A stretch of 64,000 nt of DNA from a virus: IMG/VR virus record IMGVR_UViG_3300038312_000193; one strand, written 5' to 3'. The notes under the pieces are model-generated. The model was given only the letters and a program-made list of their open reading frames with translations, ran no database searches and had not been told where the DNA came from. Of this stretch, positions 1 through 9,714 are shown piece after piece; position 1 is the stretch's first letter, and every line of letters starts with the position of its first letter. The translations under genes and the position numbers were made by a program.

Positions 1-825
1 GTATGTTAAATACCTATTATCACATGCTTCTTGAATCTTTCTCATCCTAGAATTTAATAAACTAGGTGTAAATATTTCAAACTTATTTTTCCCTGGTTTT
101 CTAAGAACATATCTATTTATTAATTCATCTGTTTTTGACTTCCCAGTTTTATTGATAATACTCTTTCTAGGATCGGGTATTTTAGGGTTATTAGTCATTT
201 CACCATTATTTTCTATATAATACTCTTGTTCATATGCCTCTCTAATTACATCAAAAATAAAATTAGGAACATTATCTAATATCCTAGACACACCATCATT
301 TTGTCTTAAAATAAGAATATTTTCTTTTTCATTAATATCATCAATTGTTAAATTAATCACTTCTTCCATTGTACCATCGTCTATAGTTCTACCTCTTACG
401 CCTATATAAGGCAACCATAAAATTAGTTGGTCTTGATAATTAAATAAGGTGTTTTGGTACTGAATCATCTTTTCTCTAGGGATATATTTGCTTAACAATG
501 CTTGACGATGAACAAAATCATTAATGTCTATATATCTTGCTCTATTTTCCATGTGAGATACAATTTTTTTACTCACGCAAAAATCAATATAATTCACCAG
601 AATAGATTTATTCTTACCTGCGCCACGTTTTGAAGTGTTACGCAAAGTGGCAAACATTTCATTTAACTCAGGAATACTAAGATTATAAACTTGTTTACCA
701 ACTTGATTCTCGTAATTATCAAATTCACGCAACACAAAAGCATCAGAATCAGCAGTTCCAGTTGGTTTACTTTGTAGATATTCTTGTTTAATTTCGTTAT
801 TAACAGAAAATTCAATATTTGCCAT
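1..825 (-). CDS. Tyrosine-recombinase-fold protein, SPbeta YopR/MrpR-like repressor (3' end outside window)
   Basis: Missed by the ORF track. AAGGAGG SD, then ATG at 825; reads MANIEFSVNNEIKQEYL...QLILWLPYIGVRG...EEVINLTIDDIN (degenerate box I), open to the window edge. Directly follows the DGQHR gene, as yopR follows yopQ. Confidence 0.7.
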   Translation of the reverse strand, partial: MANIEFSVNNEIKQEYLQSKPTGTADSDAFVLREFDNYENQVGKQVYNLSIPELNEMFATLRNTSKRGAGKNKSILVNYIDFCVSKKIVSHMENRARYIDINDFVHRQALLSKYIPREKMIQYQNTLFNYQDQLILWLPYIGVRGRTIDDGTMEEVINLTIDDINEKENILILRQNDGVSRILDNVPNFIFDVIREAYEQEYYIENNGEMTNNPKIPDPRKSIINKTGKSKTDELINRYVLRKPGKNKFEIFTPSLLNSRMRKIQEACDNRYLTY

Positions 826-828
826 TGA

Positions 829-2148
829 TTACACCTCCTTAAAGAGTTTGTAGATTTTGTTTTTAGTGGATTTACCAATCTTATTGTCTTTGATTATCCC
901 TATTTCACGCCACATAGGATTGTCTGTACTAAAATTGATAAGCTTAATTTTTTCTTTAAGAATTTCTTTCCAATCCTTATTATCCTTTAGTATCGCTGAC
1001 AATGCAATATATCCATAGAACATATTCATGTTATTGATATAAGAAATTTTCTTTATCTCATAAGGGTTAGAAATAAACTCTTCTTGATAATAACCCATAA
1101 GATAGTTTGTGAATTCAGTTATCCATTTTGCTATATCATCACGATTCATTGCTGAGTCTAGGTCTGTATAGTTGTCTTTGATTGCTTCAGCAAGGATTGG
1201 TTTAGTTGTTAAGGCACGATCTGATTTTACGAATGCATCAGTATCTTTAGCAACATTGGATAAGTCTCCACGACTATCCATTATTTTATCTAATACAAGA
1301 TTTTCAGGTTTAGAATAGTCTTTAGTAGTTATTACTTCAGTTTTAATTTTTGTCTGCTTGTTGATCTGCACCATTGCAGAATGACTTTCAATTTCTGATA
1401 GATTAGTAATATCAATAGGCCAAGTAAAATCTATATCAGGATTTTTTGACATTACTAAGGCTGAAGCAGACTTGCGATGCTGACCGTCAAAAAGATTCAA
1501 CACCGTTCCTTCTCTCAGAGTTAACATTCTAGTCTTAGGATTATAGATAGGTTTATTTTCATCTTTTACAATGTTAATTTTAATATGATCTGGATAATAT
1601 GTTCCAGCAAGCATATTTTCCGCAATCTCTTCAACCTTTTTAGGGTCTTCATTTATCCTAGTTGATTTCTTTGTTACTTTCAGCCCACGCTGTGCGTTAG
1701 GGTTCCAAAGTAATACATTATATAATTCATTAAATTGCTGTATAGTAAGTTTAGTCTGCCACTGTTTACCAGGAATAATCTCTTGTACATCTTTTAAATT
1801 ATATGGGAAAATTTCATCTGATTCTTTTTCTTCAGAATAATTTTCCCACTGGCTGATTTCAACTGGAGTAAAGTAATTTTGATAATCATTTAATACATTC
1901 ATATTTTTTTCTTTTAATGCTTTGTTAAGAGCAAGGGTAAAGATAAAGAGTAATTGAATATCCTCTTCTGAATCTGTTAAGACATCTAAATCAAGGTTCT
2001 CAGAAAAAAGCCAAGCAGCTCTTAACGATGATAAGTTGCGATTTTTAAACTCATCCATCACGAACTGTTTGACATCATTCATATACCCTACTTCACGCAG
2101 GATGCCCCTAAGTTTATTTTTTAATTGCTGTTCTTTATCTTTTAACAT
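829..2148 (-). CDS. DGQHR (DndB/ParB-like) domain protein, YopQ-like
   Basis: Motifs NPNAQRG and LFDGQHR; 439 aa; strong SD. Confidence 0.75.
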   Translation of the reverse strand: MLKDKEQQLKNKLRGILREVGYMNDVKQFVMDEFKNRNLSSLRAAWLFSENLDLDVLTDSEEDIQLLFIFTLALNKALKEKNMNVLNDYQNYFTPVEISQWENYSEEKESDEIFPYNLKDVQEIIPGKQWQTKLTIQQFNELYNVLLWNPNAQRGLKVTKKSTRINEDPKKVEEIAENMLAGTYYPDHIKINIVKDENKPIYNPKTRMLTLREGTVLNLFDGQHRKSASALVMSKNPDIDFTWPIDITNLSEIESHSAMVQINKQTKIKTEVITTKDYSKPENLVLDKIMDSRGDLSNVAKDTDAFVKSDRALTTKPILAEAIKDNYTDLDSAMNRDDIAKWITEFTNYLMGYYQEEFISNPYEIKKISYINNMNMFYGYIALSAILKDNKDWKEILKEKIKLINFSTDNPMWREIGIIKDNKIGKSTKNKIYKLFKEV

Positions 2149-2180
2149 ATCGACACCTCCTATATACTCATATGTAATAT

Positions 2181-2209
2181 ATTATATTAAGAGTATATAC
2201 GAAAGTCAA
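2181..2209 (-). promoter_or_regulatory. sigma-A promoter for the DGQHR/repressor pair
   Basis: TTGACT-17-TATAAT on the minus strand. Confidence 0.7.
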
Positions 2210-2242
2210 TAATTTTATACATGTTTATATTTATTTTTTTTA

Positions 2243-2470
2243 TTAATCATAATAAATTCGTTTTCCTCTTGGTATGTCTTTTAAATTTATGTATTCTGAA
2301 TAGTGTTTATCATTTAATTTTTTTAAATCTTGCTTGATTATATCTTTATTATTATAAAAGATAAATCCACTCGTAATTCCGCTAAACAATGCTCCGAATT
2401 TTGGATTAACATAATACCCATTTTCATTCTTAATCACATACACCATTTTATCCTGCATTGACATAAACAT
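2243..2470 (-). CDS. hypothetical protein
   Basis: ORF; start moved to the ATG after AAGGAGG. Confidence 0.6.
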   Translation of the reverse strand: MFMSMQDKMVYVIKNENGYYVNPKFGALFSGITSGFIFYNNKDIIKQDLKKLNDKHYSEYINLKDIPRGKRIYYD

Positions 2471-2716
2471 AAACCCTCCTTTATGTAAATTAATTTTATA
2501 TCTTATTAATAAAATATACAAACACTAGTTCTTTTATTATAATAGCTAAATTAATACAATAAAATTTAAGAAATAATTAAAAATAAACTCTTAATTATAT
2601 ATTCTATTTTAAAACTCTTTATTTGATAAAACAATTTAAACTTATCCTCTTTATCTTCTTTTATTTTTTATTATTCGACAAAGTTTTTAAAATAATATTT
2701 TTATTTATTATTTTTT

Positions 2717-3001
2717 TCATTGCATATTGGATTTATTAAGTATAGACATTAATCCTTTGTGAGTATAAATAGCATTATATGCATGATATAAACATGTCTT
2801 CCAAGATTGTATGTGATATTTATTTATTTTTCCAAATTTATTTTTATGTAAAAGGCAATAAGGTTTAATTTGTCTATTTATAACCTTTATCTGCCAAGAA
2901 TCAAGCGGAGATTCTATAATAATTGTATTTGTACATTTAAAAACTTTTGATCTTGTACCAAACATTTTGTCATATTTTTTTATTTCTAATTCATTAATCA
3001 T
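2717..3001 (-). CDS. hypothetical protein
   Basis: 94-aa ORF directly after the TnpB element end. Confidence 0.6.
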   Translation of the reverse strand: MINELEIKKYDKMFGTRSKVFKCTNTIIIESPLDSWQIKVINRQIKPYCLLHKNKFGKINKYHIQSWKTCLYHAYNAIYTHKGLMSILNKSNMQ

Positions 3002-3009
3002 TTAAAACA

Positions 3010-3176
3010 CTGCTACTCAAAATATAGACAAATATACTCATTATCCATATCGAGATTTTTACTGCTTCTTCCTGTATGCTTTCATACTGATAAATCAGAT
3101 ACTACTCACAAGTTCTTGTACAGTCCACAGTCGTAAATTCCCGACTAGCCATCGGTACACACTTATGATAGCTTTA
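3010..3176 (-). ncRNA. TnpB omega-RNA scaffold / IS607-type right end
   Basis: GTACCGATGGCTAGTCGGGAATTTACGACTGTGGA...GAAGCAG...TTTTGAGTAGCAG immediately 3' of tnpB. Confidence 0.75.
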
Positions 3177-4338
3177 TTATGCTATTTTATAAGTTTTAAC
3201 ATCTCTCAAATTAAGACTTGCATTATAATCTCTATCTGCATGATATCCACAATCACAAATATATTCTCTATCAGATAATTTTAAATCTGATTTAATTTGA
3301 CCACATTCATGACATAATTTACTTGATGGATACCATCTATCTACAATTCTTAATTCAATACCATTCTGGTTACATTTGTTTTTTAGTTTAACTCTAAATA
3401 TATTAAACCCTTGCTTAGATATTGCTTTTGAAAGATGTCTATTCTTCATCATTCCTTTAACATTTAAATCTTCAATTGTAATATAAGAAGGTTTGGTTTT
3501 TACCAACTCACTTACAGTTTTATTTAAATAATTTTCTCTGATATTAGATAGAGTTTGATGAATTTTTTGTACTTTGACTATTTGTTTTTGAATATTTTGC
3601 CTAGTAGCAGTACCTCCTTCCTTTTTATTTCTTAATTTTAAACTCTCATATTTCCTTGAAAGTTTTGTTTGTTCTCTTTTTAATTTCTTTTCTAATCGTT
3701 TTACTCTTTTAGTTTTATTAATGTTGGGTTTGATAATACTATTAGATATCACCGCAAATTCTTTTAATCCAAGATCAATTCCTAACCCAAAATTATTAAG
3801 TTGTGGTTTGATAATTTCTTCTACTTCAATTAAAACTGACACATAATACCTATCTACTTTCATTGATACAGTGCCACTAATAACTTTTGCATTTGTAGGT
3901 ATATACGCAAATTCCTTAACTCTTACCCATTTTAAAGTAGGTATTTTTATTCTATGCCTTTCAATAGTCCAATCAGTTATATTATTTTTAGGGAAATAAG
4001 CTTTTATATTTTGATCTTTTTTCTTTTTAAATCTAGGAAATCCAGATTGTTTCTTAAAAAATCTCTTAAAAGCCTTTTCTCCGTTCATAATTGATTGTTT
4101 TACTGCCTTACTACCAACATTTTTAATCCATTTATATTCTGGATTATTAGGTATATATTCATTATTTAACCACTTAGAAAACTCTATTCCTGAAACAAAA
4201 CGTTTTTTCTTTTTCATAAACCTCTTTATTATATGCTAAGTAGAAATTATAAACAAATCTACATACTCCAAGAGTGTGATGAATTAATTGCTTTTGCTCA
4301 TGAGAAGGGTTAATTTCTACTTTATAGGTTTTGAGCAT
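3177..4338 (-). pseudogene. tnpB: TnpB (IS200/605/607 OrfB) RNA-guided nuclease, frameshifted near codon 45
   Basis: RuvC motifs GIDLGLK, ITIEDL and DRDYNAS; Zn finger CHECG/CDCG. The N-terminus MLKTYKVEINPS...GVCRFVYN (ATG 4338) is in another frame because of one extra A in the run at 4203-4208. No tnpA. Confidence 0.85.
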
Positions 4339-4403
4339 ATTTCATCTCCACATTCATGAATAAAAAGTTTAGACATTTTAATTCCTCCTTAATATTTTAT
4401 ATT

Positions 4404-4432
4404 ATAGTAAACCATTATTATATATTTGTCAA
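4404..4432 (-). promoter_or_regulatory. sigma-A promoter
   Basis: TTGACA-17-TACTAT. Confidence 0.65.
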
Positions 4433-4443
4433 CATTTATTTTA

Positions 4444-5067
4444 TTATTTTAATAATTCATTTTTAATTTTGTTTACTTTTCTGGAATATTTACTTTCATA
4501 TGTTCCACTTCTACTAGCATACTGTTTCGCACCGTAGACACCCCTGTTGTAGCTGGTAAATAAACTATGCTCTTCTAAATTATGATTGTTCTTTAAGTAA
4601 GCAATCCAATATATTCCTCCGGCAATATTAAATTCTGGATTATTTCTATCCCAAGAATTAAAATTTCTATCTTCTGCCTTTAATTGTTTTACTATTTCTT
4701 TATAAGTAATATCGTTGAGTTGAAATAAACCACCATCTGTTGATCCATCTTTATTAGTATGTATTGCATCAAATCTATATGTACCTCCGCTCTCTATACA
4801 AGCAATTGGTAATGCTTCATCGAATACTTTAACTCCTCTGCCCTTTGCTTGTTCTACAAAGTATGTTGATGTTTCTAAATCCCAATTAGTGATTTGTTGT
4901 ACTTTGAGAATGTCTGGGTCAATAGGTTGTGGTTTAACTTGTAATTCTGATTCTGGTTTATGTTTTACTGTATTTATATTTTGCGTTTGTATTTGTGATT
5001 GAACTCGACATGATCCTATTGTCACCATTAATGCTACTAATAATAATGTTATAATATACTTTTTCAT
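4444..5067 (-). CDS. Secreted or lipoprotein lytic transglycosylase (SLT domain)
   Basis: Signal peptide ending IGSC; motifs IESGG, GLFQL and SYNRG. Confidence 0.85.
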   Translation of the reverse strand: MKKYIITLLLVALMVTIGSCRVQSQIQTQNINTVKHKPESELQVKPQPIDPDILKVQQITNWDLETSTYFVEQAKGRGVKVFDEALPIACIESGGTYRFDAIHTNKDGSTDGGLFQLNDITYKEIVKQLKAEDRNFNSWDRNNPEFNIAGGIYWIAYLKNNHNLEEHSLFTSYNRGVYGAKQYASRSGTYESKYSRKVNKIKNELLK

Positions 5068-5086
5068 TGTATTGTGCTACCTCCAT

Positions 5087-5248
5087 TTATCTAATATTTG
5101 TTAAATCAAGAGATATTATTTCTCCTGTATTCTTATCAACAAATATTATTGTATTTGTTCTTACCTCCATATGTATATTATTATTTTTTGCATCTCTGAT
5201 TAACTTCTGTAATTTGTCACTATAGTAAGATACATTTTGTTGTTTCAT
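5087..5248 (-). CDS. small hypothetical protein (53 aa)
   Basis: GAGGTG SD; MKQQNVSYYSDKLQKLIRDAK... Confidence 0.5.
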   Translation of the reverse strand: MKQQNVSYYSDKLQKLIRDAKNNNIHMEVRTNTIIFVDKNTGEIISLDLTNIR

Positions 5249-5453
5249 TATGATTTCACCTCTTACATAAAAGTGTTCAAAAAGATTATTTGGTTATTAT
5301 TTAATCCACAACCATTCTTTATTTTATAACTTCCATGCACAAAGAATATTTAATTCTTTACTTAGAAATTCATTAATTTCTTTTTCTGTGTAAAAATTTT
5401 TATAATAAAGTTCTTTATTTTTAGAAAACCTAACCGTAATCATTTATAACCTC

Positions 5454-6044
5454 CTAATTTAATTTTATTTCCTCCAATATTTCTATCTGATTATTACTAA
5501 ACACCACAATAGTCTGTTCTTGCAAATTTAAAAAATCTTCTAAATCACAATATCCAGTTATGTAATTTTCATAACCATAATAAGAAATACTATATAAATC
5601 AATTCCATCTTCTTCTAATTTTAATTTATATTTGTGACCTCTAGGGGTAACATAGGTAGTCTCACCAGTAGAATATAATTCTTGCTCATTTATTTGTGGA
5701 ATATCATTAAATATAATGCCATCATAACCCATAGATTGAAGGCGTAATCTTGTAGCATCAGCTACACTTCTATAACCTTCTAAATTAGATTTCCATAATT
5801 GTTTTACTAACTTATTAATAACTTCATGTGGTGCAGGGTTATTTAGTGTTACTATACACTTCTTTAAATAATTAGGATTTCTAAATGAAGGAGATGTATA
5901 TTTATCGCTGCTAAACCAGAACCCATTATAGTAAGCATCTGTTTCTTCAGCTTTGATTTTATTTACGTCAAAATATGTAAATGATTCTACAGAAGCATGG
6001 TATAAGGTATATTGCATTTCCTCACTCCTTTTTATTTTTGACAT
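5454..6044 (-). CDS. ADP-ribosyltransferase-like protein (ART-PolyVal-like)
   Basis: Pattern LYHAS..F..FD, GFWFS, GYDGIIF and VVFSNNQI. The start is probably the second Met (6017). Confidence 0.6.
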   Translation of the reverse strand: MSKIKRSEEMQYTLYHASVESFTYFDVNKIKAEETDAYYNGFWFSSDKYTSPSFRNPNYLKKCIVTLNNPAPHEVINKLVKQLWKSNLEGYRSVADATRLRLQSMGYDGIIFNDIPQINEQELYSTGETTYVTPRGHKYKLKLEEDGIDLYSISYYGYENYITGYCDLEDFLNLQEQTIVVFSNNQIEILEEIKLN

Positions 6045-6136
6045 TCACATATTTGGAAAGTCTCATGTAATCTTTCATCTTCTTCTACAATAATCGTTAT
6101 AACTCCTTCTCCATTGCAAACTGGACAAGTTTTCAT
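6032..6136 (-). CDS. small Zn-finger peptide (34 aa)
   Basis: AGGAGTG SD; MKTCPVCNGEG...ICECQK. Confidence 0.5.
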   Translation of the reverse strand: MKTCPVCNGEGVITIIVEEDERLHETFQICECQK

Positions 6137-6185
6137 TTAAATATCACTCCTTTCTTTATATTATATTATACTTTTAATAGTTTAA

Positions 6186-7160
6186 TTAATCAAGTTGTTT
6201 CAAATAATTATCAATCTCTTTTTTAATTTGTGTTGCAATTGCTTTGGATAATGGAACTGGTACTGCATTAGCAACCATTTGTATTTTTTCATTTAAAGTA
6301 CCAACAAAAACATGATCATCGGGGAAACCTTGAATCCTAGCCCCTTCTCGGACTGATATAATCCTATTTTCTTCTGGATGAATTATTACTGACTTACCAA
6401 AATGCACTAAAGTATTTGACGGTTTATCATTATGTAGTCTACTATATAAAGTAGATTGAGTCTTTGATTTATGCAAATTTATTTTATATTTTTCAGGTAA
6501 GCATTCCCAATTACCACCAGGAGGAATATAAGAAATTTTATGTATAGTCTCTTCTTTACTGTTTCTTCTATCTAGTTGATTAGAAACATTATCATTTAAT
6601 CCTTTGAACGCATCTCTTATAGTCAAATATTTAATTAATGGCTCTGGATGTTTTATAATTCCTATCCTGCTGCCAATAAATATAGCTCTCTTTCGTATCT
6701 GTGCTACTCCATAATCATAAGCATTTAAAACTTTAACTTCAATATGATAATCTGGCAATCGTTCTTTAAACTCTTTAATAAATAGACCATCTAAAGCAGT
6801 TATTACTTGGGGAACATTTTCATAAACAAACACCAAAGGATTAACTTCTTGAACCTTATGTATATAACTTAAAACTAAACTATTTTTAGGATTATCTAAT
6901 AATTTTGAACCATTCTTTCTATTGGTATTAGATAAACTCTGACATGGTGAACCTCCTATGACAACATCAGCGAATCCTTTATTAAATTTTAAATTATTAA
7001 CATCATCACAAATAACTTTATGATTAAAATTATGTTCTAATGTCTTGCAGCAATCTTTATTAAAATCTGTACTTAGTATCAAGTTAAATCCTGCCTGTTT
7101 AAAACCTAGATCAAGGCCACCACCTCCTGAAAATAGTCCTAATACTGTATATTTTTTTAT
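6186..7160 (-). CDS. DNA cytosine-C5 methyltransferase (AUA start)
   Basis: Motif I LFSGGGG lies upstream of the called start; also GSPCQ, ENV, QIRKR, RIQGFPD and NAVP. Confidence 0.9.
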   Translation of the reverse strand: MKKYTVLGLFSGGGGLDLGFKQAGFNLILSTDFNKDCCKTLEHNFNHKVICDDVNNLKFNKGFADVVIGGSPCQSLSNTNRKNGSKLLDNPKNSLVLSYIHKVQEVNPLVFVYENVPQVITALDGLFIKEFKERLPDYHIEVKVLNAYDYGVAQIRKRAIFIGSRIGIIKHPEPLIKYLTIRDAFKGLNDNVSNQLDRRNSKEETIHKISYIPPGGNWECLPEKYKINLHKSKTQSTLYSRLHNDKPSNTLVHFGKSVIIHPEENRIISVREGARIQGFPDDHVFVGTLNEKIQMVANAVPVPLSKAIATQIKKEIDNYLKQLD

Positions 7161-7254
7161 AAATAATCACTCCATTTTAATTATTTTATTCTTTTTATCG
7201 ACTATTTATCTCACCTCCTTGTTTGAAATATTTGAATGAATCCTCCATTTGGAT

Positions 7255-7527
7255 TTAAATTGTATAAAAATTTCCATATCCATGTTCTTCCCTAACTCTA
7301 TTACCATTTTCATCTAGTCTATACCAATACCAAAAATTACTTAAACCATGATTCCCCCAAAATTGACCATTAATTATTTCTATCTTATATATTTCTCCAA
7401 TTTTATAATGTTCACTATTATGAAAAGGTATAAATAATACTATTTGACCATTATTAGGTTTATTTATTTTATTTGGTTCAGTATTAAATTCTTCCATAAA
7501 ATCTTTTGCCCATTGTTGAACCGCCAT
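7255..7527 (-). CDS. hypothetical cassette protein
   Basis: ORF with GGAGG SD, bounded by 18-bp sites. Confidence 0.65.
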   Translation of the reverse strand: MAVQQWAKDFMEEFNTEPNKINKPNNGQIVLFIPFHNSEHYKIGEIYKIEIINGQFWGNHGLSNFWYWYRLDENGNRVREEHGYGNFYTI

Positions 7528-7741
7528 AATCTATAACCTCCTGTTAAAACAAAATCAAAGTTTTGTGTTATATTCTTTTAATTGATATAGAAATTCCTCA
7601 TCATTACCACTAACAGATAGCATTTTCTTTAATTCTTGAATTGTTCCTCCATTGTTAATAAAGTATTCTAATTGTCGCACTATCACATCATTAAACAACT
7701 TAATATTCCCCCTTTCATTATAAACTCTTCGTTTTATTCCA

Positions 7742-7912
7742 TTATATGTTTTCTAATTCCATTTCAATATCTTTCATTAAACAATAACCATCACAATCTG
7801 CTTCATCGTAATATACTGTTTCAGATAATAAGTTAAGTACATAATGAGAATCTTCTTGTTTTTGTAATAATTCCAAGCAAGCCTTTAATAATGTAATTTT
7901 TCTATCTTCCAT
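7742..7912 (-). CDS. small hypothetical cassette protein (56 aa)
   Basis: MEDRKITLLKACLELL...YYDEADCDGYCLM; SD present; bounded by 18-bp sites. Confidence 0.6.
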   Translation of the reverse strand: MEDRKITLLKACLELLQKQEDSHYVLNLLSETVYYDEADCDGYCLMKDIEMELENI

Positions 7913-8305
7913 AACTATTTACCCCTTCCTATTATATTGATTTAAATCTACAGTTTTATGCAGACTTCTCTTTCAATTGTTCTAACAGCTCTATTGTACT
8001 ATCAATTTCTTCTTTCTTAATCACATTCCCTGCTGCAAACTTATGTAATTTACTTGTTATTATTTTAATTTGATGCCAATAATCTTTGGTTTTTTAGGTA
8101 GAACTTCGCCATATTTAATGCTTCTTCAGGTGTATTTCCTTGACTACTACAAATTATTCCATCATTAACCTATACATCACAAATCCAACCTACTTCATTA
8201 TTAAAATAAATTTTATAAGTTTTATGTTTCATGCTCTTACCCCTCTCTGTTATTATATTTTTATTTTAATGCAATATGTGTTAATTTGTCAATGCTTAAC
8301 TTAAT

Positions 8306-8503
8306 CTAACTTACTATCTTTATTGCCGGATTTCTACCTGTTATAGCAATTACTCCTTTTTCTGTAATAATGGTTATAATATGTATTTTGTTATTCTGAA
8401 TGTCTGCTACTATCGTGTATGACAAGGTTCGGTCTGTTATGTAAACTTTTCTGTTTTTAATGCTGTTTAGATTATTTAATTTGTTAATAGTTTGCCTTAT
8501 CAT
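8306..8503 (-). CDS. DUF4258/RelE-fold-like remnant, related to 26142-26513
   Basis: Similar C-terminal pattern (VYITD..SYTIVADI...IHIITII); appears 5'-truncated at an 18-bp site. Confidence 0.4.
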   Translation of the reverse strand: MIRQTINKLNNLNSIKNRKVYITDRTLSYTIVADIQNNKIHIITIITEKGVIAITGRNPAIKIVS

Positions 8504-8557
8504 CTGTTCTGTTATTTGACGTTGTTTTGTTCTCTCCTTCCAAATAAAACTCGCATT

Positions 8558-8716
8558 TTATAGATATTTTTTATCGGTTTTCTTATACCAGCCCAATACC
8601 GAATCAGGTTTGATAACATAGCATTTCTCTTTATCACCATCATCCTGAATCCATATAATCATATTTTCAGAAGCTCTTTTTAATGTTTCAAATGCCTTTT
8701 CTATTGCCATATCCAT
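8558..8716 (-). CDS. small hypothetical cassette protein (52 aa)
   Basis: AGGAGAGG SD; stop codon lies inside an 18-bp site. Confidence 0.55.
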   Translation of the reverse strand: MDMAIEKAFETLKRASENMIIWIQDDGDKEKCYVIKPDSVLGWYKKTDKKYL

Positions 8717-8756
8717 GTTAACCTCTCCTTTTTTTAGATAAATCTCTTATTTGGTT

Positions 8757-8993
8757 TTATTTCTTCAGTATAGCCATTATTTTCTTTTGTGCCATACCTT
8801 TGAATTCTGCCTTAACTTCATCTATTACCTCTTCAAATGCTTCGTTTACCATATTTTCAATCACGTTTGGATCAAACATGTAAAAATCATACTGCTCCAA
8901 GTCGGTTTGAAATTGTTCTTTAATAATTTCTTTGAATGCTTGCCTTAACTCGTCCTTATCTTCCGATGTGAATAAGATACCTATATTATCCAT
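8757..8993 (-). CDS. hypothetical cassette protein
   Basis: ORF with SD, between 18-bp sites. Confidence 0.65.
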   Translation of the reverse strand: MDNIGILFTSEDKDELRQAFKEIIKEQFQTDLEQYDFYMFDPNVIENMVNEAFEEVIDEVKAEFKGMAQKKIMAILKK

Positions 8994-9090
8994 ATATAAC
9001 TTCCTTTCTGTTGTGCTAAAATAACCATTTCATGTTGATTTTGAATTTTAACAATGCCTGTATATCGGCATTCATTTTTATAAAAAACAT

Positions 9091-9279
9091 TTATTTGATA
9101 ACAATATCTCTTGCTTGAAATATTTCTATTGCATCATTAACCGTAAAGTCCTTTATATATTCTTTCATATCTTCTATATCTTCAACTAATTCTTCTTCGG
9201 TTTGATACCATTTGTAACCTCTTTCCATCATCCCTTCCATGTTTTCAAATGAATAAAGTAATAGAAATTTATTATCCAT
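9091..9279 (-). CDS. hypothetical acidic protein
   Basis: Start at MDNKF after AAGGAGG. Confidence 0.65.
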   Translation of the reverse strand: MDNKFLLLYSFENMEGMMERGYKWYQTEEELVEDIEDMKEYIKDFTVNDAIEIFQARDIVIK

Positions 9280-9336
9280 TATATCCCTCCTTAATTTAAC
9301 AAAACCCCACATTTATCATATTATTATGTTAATTAT

Positions 9337-9450
9337 TTGAACCTCTCATCACTAAAGTGACGAGATTCCTGTTTCATAGACTTCGTAACCTCCATCTCCA
9401 CAGGCTTAAAATCCGATAGTCCCTACCGTACTAGTATTTAGATCAAACGC
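9337..9450 (-). mobile_element. Orphan IS200/IS605 right end / TnpB omega-RNA scaffold
   Basis: ACGGTAGGGACTATCGGATTTTAAGCCTGTGGAGA...GTCTATGAAACAGGAATCTCGTCACTTTAGTGATGAGAGGTTCAA, with terminal hairpin and TTCAA end. Confidence 0.8.
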
Positions 9451-9714
9451 AAACTGTTATATGTCTATACTAATCCTAATTCCTTTATTTTATTTATACT
9501 ACATATCACCTCTTTATTTTTTGTATTTAAAGGTATTAATTTTGCTTTATTTGATACTATTATTGGTATTTCATATATCGTTTTTATAATATAATCTTCA
9601 ATAAAAAATCTTAAATTATTTAAAGGGAAAGTGACCACAATATTTTCTTTTTCTTCTATTGTTGTTTTTGATATATTGTAATAATATTCAAATATTTTTA
9701 TCATCTCCTTACTA

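Noticed and set aside
663-878. 71-aa ORF from the track
   Set aside because: Out-of-frame overlap of the real gene, which starts at 825 with a strong SD.
829-2148. Dnd phosphorothioation system
   Set aside because: Only a DGQHR domain; no dndACDE genes.
2519-2540. Extra copy of the 18-bp junction site
   Set aside because: Arm spacing does not fit, and chance matches are likely in AT-rich DNA.
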